Part shown: positions 1 through 11,824 of the stretch, piece after piece
Layout of the letters: every line of letters begins with the position of its first letter
Numbering within the stretch: the first letter of the stretch is position 1
Assembly (NCBI GenBank): GCA_030264375.1
Contig: JASCQW010000163.1
Coordinates: 21,323,300-21,387,299 of the forward strand
Direction of reading: 5' to 3'
Source: Carcharhinus longimanus
Taxonomy: Eukaryota
DNA length: 64,000 bases
Made by a program: the position numbers and the translations under genes
The notes under the pieces: model-generated
The model's database searches: none
What the model was told of the DNA's origin: nothing
The model's input: only the letters and a program-made list of their open reading frames with translations

Positions 1-500
1 GCATCAGATGGCAAGACAAAGTACCAGACACTGAAGTTCTCTCTACAGCAAGTCTACCATCAGTCCACACACTGCTGATGCGAGCACAGACTCGGTGGGC
101 AGGTCATGTCATTCGTATGCCGGACAAGTGGGGAACTCTCTGCTGGAAGATGCTCGCATGGAGGGCAGAAGAAACGTTACAAAAACGCACTTAAGGCCTC
201 CCTGAAGTCGCCTGATATAGACACGACCACCTGGTAAACACTGGCACAAAACCGCCCTACTGGTGCTGCCTCATCCACAAGGGCTGTCAAGCTTATGAAG
301 CAAGGTGCATTGCTTAAGCACAACTTAAGCGCAAGCTGCGCAAGTCCAGAGCCATCAGTGCAACAACTACAGTGCCTACACAAGTCTGTAAAATGGACAT
401 TCCGTGCCCAAATTGGCCTGATCAGTCACACATCGCATCCAGCCTCAAAACGACTAATTGTGTTGAGGTCCTCATCGATGACGATGGGTGAACAACTTTA
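1..500 (+). mobile_element. RTE-clade LINE, degenerate 3' end
   Basis: Interrupted translation shows IRWQDKVPDTEVL, RLRWAGHVIRMPD, GGQKKRYKNALKASLK, and a C-terminal zinc-finger remnant FRAQIGLISH. Ends in a CATCGATGACGATGG-type tail. Confidence 0.85.
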
Positions 501-1621
501 GTTCAAACACAAAGCATTAAGTAACTAACATCTTGTCCCCTTTATTTTCAAAAGGAAAATTACTTTGCATCTGTCACAGATTGCAACATCTGGAGAGCAC
601 TGATACGCCTATTTTAATACATTCTTAGTGGATGTCCTGTGGTGCTATTCACCACTAGTGAGAAGACATGCTGTTTTTATAATAGGGTATATGCCATGTG
701 GTACAGTGTAGAGTCACTGACTTTGTGACTGAAGTGAAAATCCATCTTTATTACAAGACTTTCTTGAAATTTCAGGATTGATTTCTGTAATTATGTCCAT
801 CTGCACAAAAACCTATAATTACAAAACTTATCCAGAGTGGACAGACTGTGGGAAAGGAGAACAAAAGAAAAGTTGACTTTTTTTTTGAAAAGTATCCTGG
901 AGAATTCCTGTTAAATGGATCCCAAGCTAGATGGTGAAGAAAGTAGATGCCAATCATTCTGGATAACAGGTTTATTTACAGAATGTAGCATTAAACAAGT
1001 CTGTCTACCCACCACCCCCAGCAGTCTTGCGCTCTCAGTATAAAAGTTCTCTAGGTACTTAAACTTAATCCCCTATTTACTTTTTTAAACAATGCTCTTC
1101 ACCAGTTTACATTTGCAATATAATTAACATACAATTAACAGATTCCCCTTAGTTCCCAAAGAAAAACTTTAGAACATTATACAACAATTTACTTGATACA
1201 ATTTAACTGCCCTATCAAGCTTATCTGTTTTTCTGTTTGGCTGCATCATCATCTTTCTGTGATGATTCAAGGTTACCCACAGCATATTCTGCTTCATGTC
1301 AAAGTCTATATATTTCAAGGCCCCATAGCCTGACTTGCAATCTTAAATTTCCCTCTGATCTCATTGATAACAAAGTGCTCAAAGCCCACATAAACTACCC
1401 ATACAAAGCCATAGATGTGTACTATAAAAACGTCTGACAATTTCTCTTTGTGGTACCAAAAGAACATTGCTGGATCTGCTTTCAGTCAAGTCCAGTCTAC
1501 CTTCAGCAAGTCAGACCTTAGCAAGAAATACCAGACTCCTGAAACATCATTCAACCTTAAAAGCATTTGTTTACTTTCCACAGCTTTCCCACTCACTTCT
1601 TCAGACAGCTTAAAAAAATTA

Positions 1622-2040
1622 CAAATCCATTATAAGCCCACCAACTCCCACAGTTACTTTGAGTACACTCTTCACACCCCACATCCTGCAAAGACTCCAT
1701 CGCATTCTCTCAGTTCTTTCACTTCCGTCACATCTGTTCCAATGATGACACCTTCCAAAATGGAACAGCTGATTGTCTTCTTTCTTCCTTCATCGTGTTT
1801 TCTACCTACTATGGTTGACAGGGTTCTCAACCATGTCCAACCCATCTCCTGCACCACTGCTCTCACCCTCTCCCTTCCCAGAGCTAGGGTGGGGTCCCCC
1901 GCCTTCACTTTTCACCCCACCAGCAGCATTCAAAGGATCACCTATAGCTATTTCTGCCAACTCCAGAATGATGCCACCACCAAATACATCTTCCCCTCAC
2001 TCCAGGTCAGCATTCAGAAGGGGCCATGCCCTCCAAGCAT
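1622..2040 (+). mobile_element. Penelope-like element, RT thumb/linker fragment
   Basis: Frameshifted peptide IHYKPTNSHSY...SI.FSQF...TMVDRVLNHVQPISCTTALT...TFHPTS.IQRI...FCQLQNDATTKYIFPS...SAFRR, typical of elasmobranch Penelope ORFs. Confidence 0.8.
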
Positions 2041-2114
2041 GTAAAGGGAGTGCAGGTTACATAAACAAGGCATTTTTTTTTGCACGATGAAATAGTTTAA
2101 AGGTAAGTTTCTGA

Positions 2115-2460
2115 AGCAAACAGAAAATTCTGGAAAACCTCAGGTCTGACAGCATCTGTGGAGAGACAATGGAGCTAATGTCTGAGTCATAATGACTCTT
2201 CACCAGAGCTGAAGAAAAGAAAATAAGACAAAATTTATACTGATAGGATGGGCGGGCGGGGGGGGGAGGTGGAATCGACAAAGGTGTCATGGACAAAAAG
2301 ACAAGGGGAATGTAAATGATGGTGAACTTGGCTAAGAAGGAATCTGATGGCAGCCCATTAAGAGATCAGAATGTTTAAGTGGCAGATCAGAGGTAGCAGA
2401 GTGTCAAAAGACAACCTGACACATGTAACAGATGGCCCGAGAGAGTTGAGGTTGTATTTG
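2115..2460 (-). mobile_element. Penelope terminal repeat (family B) with degenerate hammerhead motif
   Basis: Minus strand has CTGGTGA-A-GAGTCA-TTA-TGACTC followed by the CTCTCCACAGATGCTGTCAGACCTG...TTCCAG tail shared with 29528, 31660, 54675, 60430 and 61316. Confidence 0.7.
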
Positions 2461-4639
2461 GGGAAGGCTACCGTTGAGGAGCTATTTACTGCATGATAGT
2501 ATTTTGAATCACATCTGAAACGCATGTTGACACTCCCCAGGCATTCCTGGGTTCATTGATCTATGGTTACGAATATAATCCTGTGATCTCCTGTATCTGT
2601 CAATAATGATTTCATCATCACTTCTTCTTTTGTACCAAAACCTGCACAGACCTGTCGAATCTCAAAAAATTGTAATCTTTGAGCTCTCCTTCTTCCATGA
2701 TAGCATGGAATGTCCCATTTGGCCCATGAAGACTGTTGGAAATTACTTTTTTTTTTAAAAAGCATTGAACTTCTGATCCATGAGTGTCTCTTCCTGAAAA
2801 ATTTATTCTAGTTCAGATTAACCATGTGAGACTTCCTGGTGCAAGCTCAAGCACTGGATAAATTTCCAAATTGAATTTATGCTTTTTTTTTTAAAATGGC
2901 CAACAGTCTCTGTTTATTAATATATATTCAGAGTATTTTTAAAGTAACGTCCTTCACCCATGTATCTTACCAAAATAAGTTACAAATCTTGGATAATTTT
3001 ATAAGCTTATTCACTCCTTTCATTTACTGCCAAGTTTTAATGACATCGTTGCATCTATTCCATGAGTCATTAGTTTTGAATGGGTAGCCTTTTGGCCATT
3101 TTCCTCACTTTACCTTCTCCATCCCCTCCCGTCTGATATTTTACTATTTTTCTGTCAGCCAAAATATCCCCTGGCTCCACTCCAACAATTCAATATATTT
3201 AAATGTCAGGAATATTATATTACATGAAGTGTAGCTGCTCATCATTTTCAGGATAAAAGCTGAATCGCTTGCTACAACTGTGGATCCATGCACAGGTCAA
3301 AAAAAGGGATTGCTTGTATTAAGGAAGGACTCAGTGCCACTGCACAGATGCCCAACCAGAAATTACAAATTTTCATGAATCTAAGAGAGACAATTTTATC
3401 CCAGCTCCACTCTTCAAACATATTAATTGGTTTCTTCAACTCTGTTGTTCTATCACTGTACTTCGACTAATTGTTTGTTACATGGGGAACTCCTCCTTTT
3501 TCACTATCCAAGCAGAAGAATAGGGAATCTTCCCCAACCCCGATAGCATCTGCCGAGCTATAAAAATCCAGAGTACGCATTATAATCAAGACAGTGAAGT
3601 GGCAGTTGCAGCGAACTCCAACTGAGACAAGAGGGATAGAATGAGAAATAAGCCTCATGTCATCAACTTTCAGCATTACTGAAAATGTAAACTAACAAAG
3701 TGCTCAAAATGTCAAGTGACTATTTGACTCTCTCCACTTTTGATTAGAATGTGGCACATCTGAAGTTTAGACAGCTGCTGTGGTAACCATGCAGTTTACG
3801 AACATATGAATAAGCATTCAACCAGCAATCAAAATAATAACTGGAGTTTATAATAATTGCACCACATGGTAGAGAATTAATACCTTCTATTACCCATATG
3901 TAGAGTTTCCAACCCTCCAGAATTGTCCAGGAATCTACAGGGATCAAAGATTATACTCTTGCACACTACTGCGTGCAAGTCCCCAGAGAAAAACAGAGGA
4001 CATATTTTTTAATTAACTTGTTTTCACTTCATTTGCTTTCAACATTTGTTGCTATACAAAAAGGGAGATGCGAAAAATGACTTGGAATAAGCTGAGAGCA
4101 ATTAAATGCATTTTATAGGTGCATATCCATTTTCCAAATCAGGCAAATGGACAACATCCTGATGATTCACCACTTCCACTGAGCTGTCGTTCAATACAAA
4201 TCCAAGTTTGTGCTCTTCTCTTCTGGATTCTCTCCCTGTCCAGAAGCATCTCCCAATGGGAAAAACTCAGCTTCCAAGTACAAGCTTCAATAACGATTAC
4301 CTGCTCTCACTTCACTCTGAAGCTAGTCCTGTTTACTCCTAAACAGATCTGTATTTCTAACGCAGTAAAGTGGGGTGCATTTGATGAAACCTCAAGCATA
4401 CATCCAGAGTTGGCAACTGCAACAGGTGGAAGCATTTCCCCTTCATTTAACTCTATTCTTGTGTTAAAGCACACGAATCTGATTACAATTAACAAATTGA
4501 TAGAATAGAATTCTAAGAATTGATTTTGCAGAAACTAGTTACCAGAATTTTACAATGACAACTTAGGAAAATGAGTTAAACAAATCAGGTTAAAAAGCAA
4601 ATATTTGCAGCAAGACTTTTTTTTTTAAGCTCCCCCTTA

Positions 4640-4724
4640 GCAAAGAACATAAGAAATAGGAGCAGGAGTATGCCATCTAGCCCTTCGAGCCTGCCCCGCC
4701 ATTCAATAAGATCATGGCTGATCT
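4640..4724 (-). mobile_element. CR1 LINE 3' tail, truncated by gap
   Basis: AAGAACATAAGAAATAGGAGCAGGAGTA..CCATC.AGCCCTTCGAGCCTGCCCCGCCATTCAATAAGATCATGGCTGATCT is the reverse of the tail seen on + at 40960-41065. Confidence 0.8.
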
Positions 4725-4824
4725 NNNNNNNNNNNNNNNNNNNNNNNNNNNNNNNNNNNNNNNNNNNNNNNNNNNNNNNNNNNNNNNNNNNNNNNNNNNN
4801 NNNNNNNNNNNNNNNNNNNNNNNN

Positions 4825-4945
4825 CAACACCAGGTTAAAGTCCAACCAGTTTATTTGATAGTAAACCCACAAGCTTTCGGAACGCTGTTCCTTCGTCAGG
4901 TGAGTGGAAAGTTCTGATCAGAAACAAGGCATATAAAAGGTGCAC
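4825..4945 (-). mobile_element. Penelope terminal repeat (family A)
   Basis: CAACACCAGGTTAAAGTCCAAC..GTTTATTTG repeat shared with 27535, 52928, 53220 and 55170-55310. Confidence 0.85.
4865..4905 (-). ncRNA. Minimal type-I hammerhead ribozyme motif (structurally complete)
   Basis: Minus strand reads ACUCAC-CUGACGA-A-GGAAC-AGC-GUUCC-GAA-AGCU-U-GUGGGU. Helix I has 6 bp (one G.U), both core boxes are present, helix II has 5 bp, helix III is the palindrome AGCU, and a UH cleavage site follows. Confidence 0.7.
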
Positions 4946-5299
4946 AGTTTACAGAATACTGATTAGAATGCATGTCTTGACAGCTAATCTGCTATTCAAG
5001 TCTTAAAGGTCTCACACTCACTTCGTTAAAATAAATTTTTCATTTCAAAAATCTGTTAAAATTATCAAGAATTATTTTGCAACTTCCAGCAAGTTTATAT
5101 TTTTACACATGAAATAAAATTCAGAATTCCAGATCATGAACTTGTACACGTTTAATGCCCTCGCCATTGAAATACAAATGAAGTACAAATATAACAAGTT
5201 ATTGCACATACTTTGAACATGCAAAATTATGTTTATTACCAACAACTCAACACAAACATCACTGATAACAGCAAACTTGTGGCAAATGCACAGAGATCA

Positions 5300-6125
5300 A
5301 TTGTGTGGGCAACAAGGTGCGAGTATAATTCAGGGTGTGTGAAATAATTCATTTTGGTCTTGAAAATCTGAAAGCAGATTTTTTTTAAAAAAGGTGTGAA
5401 ACATCAAAGTATTCATGTTCAAAAAGCATTGGTGTGTTTGTCCAAGGAAAACTGCAGGTTAGTGCACAGGTGCAGCAAACAATTAGGAAAACAATGGCAC
5501 GTTGGCCTTCATTGCAAGTGTATTCAAGTACAAGAGGAACTGTCTAATTATTGTTGTACTTCAGGGAGACCACATCTGGAGGGTCTCCACATTTAAGGAT
5601 ACACTTGCATTGGAGATGGTACTAAACCGGTCCTTGGGATGAGGGGATAGCCCTCTTCTCAAAGGACAAAATTCTGCAGTTTAGAACAATAGAGGTGAAC
5701 TCAAAAACGTACATAATTACAAAGCAGTTTGATAGGATCGACACTGAGGATCTGTTTCCACCAGTTAGAGATACTAAACAATGAGAGCACGTTCTCCAGA
5801 TGAGCCCAAATCATTTAGGACTGAGAAGAGGAGAAACTATTTCTCTCAAAGGGTAGTGAATTCTCTGCCCCAGAAGGTTATGGTTGCTCCATCACTGAAT
5901 GCATTGGAGGCTATGACAGACAGAATTTTGATCTCCAGAAAAAGTCATAACATTTGTTTATTAGTCACAAGTAGGATTACTTTTTCACTGCAATGAAGTT
6001 ACTGTGAAAATCCCCTAGAAATTAAGGACATTGGAGATGAAGCCCAACCATGATCATATTGAATGGCAAAGCATTTTCAACAGGCCATAAGATCTACACC
6101 TGCACCTATTCTGTTCTTATGGTGA
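5300..6125 (+). mobile_element. Degenerate CR1 LINE 3' portion with a SINE-tail fragment inserted (~5945-6020)
   Basis: FRTEKRRNYFSQRVVNSLPQKVM.A.SLN C-terminal motif and CR1 tail ending CCTATTCTGTTCTTATG. Confidence 0.8.
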
Positions 6126-6689
6126 AAACTATGCTGAAGCAATCATATACTGCATTAATTATTCTGGATCTAAAACATAGAAGTCTTGCTTTTTCAGGGG
6201 TGTTCTGTAAATTCACTTATTTGCCATCATATTTGATTATAACGCCTATGTGAGACAATATTTTCAGCAAAGTAAACTTGCCTCCAATTCTCCACAGGCT
6301 TGCTCTTCAAAGGATTGGTGCTAATGCTTCATAATGAGGGCTTTTTAATGTGTCACCAAAATAGATGGCACTGACGCCCTTGGCCCCACAGGTCTGAGTA
6401 GCTAAAATATTTGGCCAGATATTGGCCTCCCTTTTCTTGTGTAGTCTTTCCTCATCAAGTAACTGGCCTACAAACTAAGTATGTTTATATTCAAGAATGC
6501 AGCTTTTCATTTTTTATAATGAAAAAATCTGTGCTATTTAACAAAATATTCTGGCAAAATATTTTTGATGATTAGTTTTCCCAATGTTTGTTGCAAAAAT
6601 CCTTTTAAGATATCCCCCGTAGACTTGAAAAGTCAAATGGCCTCCTTTTTCAGAGTCAGGATTCTATAATACCAAATCATTCAATGCCT

Positions 6690-7610
6690 GGTTCTGCAAT
6701 CTCAATCCATTTAAATAGTATACTGCTTTCTATTCTCCATGCCAAACAGGATGTGTGTACATATTTCCACATTTCACTCCATCTGCTAAATATCTCCCCA
6801 AATTAAAGCCCTTTGTAGGTTCTTTACCTTTTCTTAACAGCTTGCCTTTCTACCTGCCTTGGCGTCATCAGCAACCATTTGGTCACCACACATTCAGTCC
6901 CTTGATCCAAGTCATTGAAATAGACTGTAAATAACCATGGTCCCAGCACTGATCTCTGTGGCACTCCAACAGTTACAGCTTGCTAACCCACAAAGAAAAA
7001 TCACTATTTTCTGTTTCCTGTTAGCAGACCATTCCTTTATCTAATATACTAACATCTTACCCTCTAAACCAGACTGTATTGACTGCCTTTTGGAAATCCA
7101 ACACTTCATGTACAAACTCCCTTATCCACCTCGATTTTTACTTCCTCAAAGAAAAATTAGTCCAAGACTATTTCACAAAACAACGCTAGCTCTGCTTGAT
7201 CTTATCGTGGTTGCCTTAGTCAGTTGTAATCTCCTTAATGGATTCTTGAACTTTTCCTCTGATATATCAAAATGCTGCCTGTGGTTCTCCTTGTTTCTTG
7301 CAGAAAGGTTTTGTATCTGTTCACCATCTGCTGGGACCATTCCATAATCGAAGCAATTACAGAACATGCTAAACCATGTCTCTGCAATTTCTAAGACCCT
7401 TGGATGCAGGCCTGATAGTCCCAAGAGACTGGTCTGCTTTTAGGTTCACTAGTTTTCCTAGCACTTTTTCCCTGGTGATGCAAACTAAATGCAAAATTGT
7501 ATTACATGCTGATAGCTGTTGTCTAAAGCCTCCTTTGCCATATTTTAATCCTGTCTTACTGCACATTACCTGGTCTAGAATAGCCTGTTCCCTTGTTGGC
7601 TCTTTTTTGA
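6690..7610 (-). mobile_element. Degenerate CR1 LINE ORF2 fragments
   Basis: Minus-strand remnants EPTREQAILD.V, EKVLGKLVNLKAD.S.G, GLHPRVL.E.A, and GVPQ.SVLGP...FADD-type nucleotide motifs. Confidence 0.75.
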
Positions 7611-8169
7611 AGACAACGTTAGACAAAAGCGAGCTGAAAACAAGTTGCAAATGTATTTAGCTTTGGTATTGTGAGACAAGGGGAGAGTGTCAACAATTCA
7701 GTCACTGAATAAGTTAAGGACAGATAGAAAGGCCTTCTACTGTACACTTAAATATGTTAAGTATTGTGAAAGATACCAGAATGAGCTCAACCTTGACAAG
7801 TGCTGCAGTGCTATCATGCTCAGAGAGCATGATATTGCTTATCCATGCAGTTCACCTGGTTCTGCAGGAGGATCTATAAGGCCTGCTCCTGTGTTCTCAC
7901 ACATGGTGGTAGTTTCTATGGATGCAGCACTGAGCCAGCCTTTAGGATCACTGCTGGCTGGCTGAGACAAACAGACATGGCCAAACTGAAACCATACTGT
8001 CTGATTCAATAGGGATGATTCATAAATGGGTGGGAGGTGTGCTGAGATATACGGAATTCTTGCCCACAAGCTCAACCACAAAAGGGTTTTTTTTTATTTA
8101 TGTTTAACATGCAATTCAAAATGGGATTGATTAGTCACAATGTACTGGAAGTAGAAGAGATGAGGCCCA

Positions 8170-9678
8170 TGCGATTTAAGGCCAACACAGTGGGGTTGTA
8201 ACACATTTAAGGGCAATGGCTCGACTAGCAACATCCATCCACTGCAGCATCCAGAAGGATTAGCTGCAAAACATATCTTGGCCGTTTGAGGAAGCGGTGG
8301 AAACAATTATTTTCAAGGCCCATTCACTGAATTTGTAACAATCGACAGCTTAGGTGACAAAATGGGAAACGATCACCATCAACACCTTCTGCATACTGAG
8401 GACTGCTGGCTCTCTCAAGGAAAGGTACTCACACGTCTTTTCAAGTTGCATGATCGAGTTAAAGTTTTTTTTTAAACCTAACTCAAAAGTCCGAATTCTC
8501 TCAATGCTTCAGCGATTATCAGTGGCTTGCCAAATTGAAAATATTTGTCATATATGCCAATCACTTCAATGGCCTCAATCTGAATCTTCAGTGAAAATCA
8601 GTGACAGTTTTTCATCCACAGGACAAAATAGAGGTGCAGATCAAGAAGAGAGATGTGGGTCAAATGACTTGATATGTCAAATTACAACTCATCTGCAAAT
8701 CTGTCAAGATGTTTTAGTCACAGCAGAAATGCAACTTTCAAATAGTGCGAAACATGACAAAGCACCTGCAAAGTTTGAAAATACAACAATGGAATACTGC
8801 TCTGTTCCTCTGACAAACTCCAACTGGATAGAAAATCCCTTTGAGAGCCTTAATGACATGCGCGCAAGCCTGGCTTCGAGGCAGCAGGACAGCCTCGTGG
8901 AACTGTCCTGTGACAGTGCTTTAAACTGGATTTATCTTAGAACTCTCTCACTGATATTTGGCTTAAAGTTGCTTTAGAATACTCAGAACCGTCCAATAAG
9001 GCTAACAAAGTTAAACTTGATTTGTTTGTCACAAGGCAGGCTTACATTAATACTGCCATGAAGCTACTGTGAAAATCCCCTAGTCGCCACACTCTGGCAC
9101 CTGTTCGGATACACTGAGGGAGAACTTTGCACAGCCAATGCACCTAACCAGCACGTCTTTCAGACACAGGGAGAACGTGCAAACTCCACACAGAGTGATC
9201 CAAGCTGGGAATCAAACCCTGGTCCCTGGCACTTGAGGCAGCAGTGCTAACCCACTGTGCCACCCCAGTAAAGCTTCTGCTGCCTTTTCCAAAAACCTAC
9301 CTCTGCGCAACTGGATTTTCAGGTCTTCAATGCGCCAAGCCCTATCAGAATAAACTTAGCACTGTAACTAATCTCCAACTGAGAATGTCATCCCTGGAAC
9401 CTGACATCCAACATTTGATGTCTGCAAAACAATATCAGCCTTCTCATTAGATAAGCATCATCTGTTTCCACTGGTAGGCTTACCACAGGTAAATGTGCTG
9501 TGACAAGTGCAGTGTATTTAAGACTGTAGTTTATTAACCATTGATGTAGAAGTTAGACCGCCATCAACCGTAAGGTTATGTAAAACAAAACATTTACAAC
9601 CAACAGCTTGAGTATATTGTGGTCCCCAAAACCTTTTGGCCCTATGGTCTGCATAAGGAAAAATGTTGGGAACTTTTG
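8170..9678 (+). mobile_element. hAT DNA transposon fossil, Buster/Charlie (ZBED5/SCAND3-like transposase), interrupted by a SINE
   Basis: Remnants LLHTEDCWLSQGKVLTRLFKLH, NWIENPF, QQDSLVELSCDSAL, and hAT dimerisation end KLLLPFPKTYLCATGFS...YQNKL...LQLRMSSLEPDIQ.L...KQYQPSH*. A decayed right TIR AAATGTTGGGAACTTTTG lies near 9661-9678. Confidence 0.85.
9010..9266 (-). mobile_element. HE1-type tRNA-derived V-SINE inserted in the hAT transposase
   Basis: Reverse complement starts GGGGTGGCACAGTGGGTTAGCACTGCTGCCTCA (A box) and continues GGGTTTGATTCCC (B box), then GTGTGGAGTTTGCACGTTCTCCC. The transposase reading resumes on the other side. Confidence 0.9.
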
Positions 9679-9699
9679 GTCTTGAACAAACTACTCCAT

Positions 9700-10440
9700 T
9701 GTGTCCCACGTATACATTCTATAAACTCATTTTCTGGGCTACATTTGCCAATCTACAGGAGGATTGAAGTCACCCATTATTGTTGTGGTACTTTTCTTGG
9801 TATAGTTGAACGCACCATTAAGTTCTTGCTGGAGACCATGTCCTACAGTGCAACTACTGTTTGGGGGCCTATAAACTATTCTCACAGGGATCCATCATTC
9901 CTATTTTTTAATCTTTACCCAAACTAGTCCCATGTTTTCCTCTTCCAAGTCAAGGCCATCTCTCACTCCTGTACTAATGGCATTCAGGATTAACAGTGCT
10001 AACCTGACTACATTTCCTTTGTTACTGGTCTTTTCAAAATGTCAAATGCCCTTCAATATTGAGGCCCTGGCCTTAATCACCATGTCTCTGCAATGGTGAC
10101 TATTGCAGAATTATTTGTATTTGTGCTCACATTTCATTCACTTTCCTACCAATACTGCACGCATTCTGAATGAGCCTTGAAAAGTTTTTGTACCGTTGTT
10201 TTGCACCTCTGGCCTTACCTGTTGGTGCACTCAAATTTGTACATTTGATCCCTTTCTCCCATACTCTAGTTATCATGACCCAAATTGTCTTGCTGCTCTG
10301 TTACCTCAATTTCATTTTAACTTACCACAAATCCCCTCACATGATCCCTTCCCCCGACTATTTAGTTTCTCACGCACTAATTATAAAACTCATCTAAACA
10401 CTGGTCCCAACAGTTCAGGTGAAGATGCCACACTCCCAGT
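9700..10440 (-). mobile_element. Highly decayed CR1 ORF1/APE region
   Basis: Minus-strand remnants resembling NA.SI, IAETW, MGDFN and LHLN..GT motifs. Confidence 0.5.
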
Positions 10441-11534
10441 TGCAAGCAATGGCCTCCCAATCTAAAATCGCCCCCAAGTTACAAGTACTTTATGTATTTC
10501 TTATACTCCCACCTGTCTGCAATCAAACATACATTCCATTGTATCCCTCCTTACTGAGCTTTCTTGCAGAAGTTGCTTTTAATCTACATAGTTCAGATAG
10601 TTTTATTAATAATGCCAGTTTATAATTTCTATGCAACATATAAAAACTTAGAATTCAAGTTCAAAAAAGTCGAATCCTCCAACAATACTATATAAATTTG
10701 AAGTTGTTTTAGAAAATCAACATCAGGCGTTGAATTTTATATCCATCTCACTGGCAACATCACAGCACATCAATAAATTCTCTCTTATCCTGAATAATTT
10801 TCAGAAGACGGTCTAAGTAATTTATCCTAAATCCTTACCTGTCAGGAAATGACTATCAAGTCTACCATATGTAGTGTTAAGTACTAGTTTATAACTAGGT
10901 TCCAACATGGCACTCATGAAACAAAACTTTTGTGCCAATGTTAGATATTATTAGAAATCAAGTTTCAGCTATTTTAATTGTAAATCCTGACAGACAAGGT
11001 AATTACAGCAGAGATATTACAAAGATACAATCTTACCATTAAAAATAGCAATCCTGCAAAGCTCAAGGAACAGGTCATAAAACACTATTGTAGGTTATGG
11101 TTACTTGACTGGCAGAAAGCAAGACTGGGACACGACTATAACTGGTATGGTTTTAAAAAAATAAGTGAATTTACTAAAATGCGTGAAGACCATCTTCTCA
11201 CCAGCAAATTCACTTGGGAAAATTGCTGCAGGTTGCAATGTACCTGAAAAACTATTTTAGAACACAGGTGTGAACCCAAGAGAAACTAAATAACATGAAA
11301 TTTCAAAGATCAGGATTTGGCCCAGGTTGCCACTTTTCAACAACGTGTAACAAAAATGTGCACTGTATCTTTGAAAAATCCCACAAAAGCTTCCAAAATT
11401 ATATTTTTAAGAACGTGAAGCAGATCAACTCTGCAAACTAATAAGTGTGTAATTTTCATTTGGGAAGGCATGCATTTTTTCATGTTTTAATAGTTTACAT
11501 TACAAAATGGTATTTCTTTTCATGTCTTTATCAT

Positions 11535-11701
11535 GGCGAATTGACCTAACCTGCACATCTTTGGACTGTGGGAGGAAACTGAGCACCCAAAGGAAAGCCA
11601 CACAGACACGGGGAGAATGCACCAACTCCACAGTCACCCAAGGTCAGAATTTAATCTGGGTCCCTGGCTCTGTGAGGCAGCAGTGCTAACCACTGTGCTG
11701 C
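11535..11701 (-). mobile_element. HE1-type V-SINE, head and V domain
   Basis: CCTAACCTGCACATCTTTGGACTGTGGGAGGAAAC...GTGAGGCAGCAGTGCTAACCACTGTGC; matches the 55774 copy. Confidence 0.85.
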
Positions 11702-11824
11702 TTGACAGGATTGTACTGAATTTGGGCATACAATTAAATATTTACAAGAACACAATGATAAGCTTCCCCCTTTCAACTTGGCCATCCTCCTCTGAAGCCT
11801 TCTGCTATCACTTTTGTTCCTTAA

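Noticed and set aside
1415-2090. 209-aa and 105-aa ORFs as a host gene
   Set aside because: They are frameshifted Penelope ORF remnants plus random upstream sequence.
6325-6360. SPHY-encoding stretch as the next TCF12 exon
   Set aside because: Only four residues match, the flanks diverge, a stop follows and there are no suitable splice sites.
8005-8050. PFMN-encoding stretch as the next TCF12 exon
   Set aside because: Chance four-residue match with an in-frame stop four codons later and no donor.
8354-8977. 207-aa ORF as a domesticated ZBED-like gene
   Set aside because: Transposase motifs are spread over several frames with stops and a SINE insertion.
10830-10860. CAG|GTAAGG on the minus strand as a recursive splice site
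   Set aside because: The polypyrimidine tract is short and weak, and such motifs are expected by chance in 64 kb.
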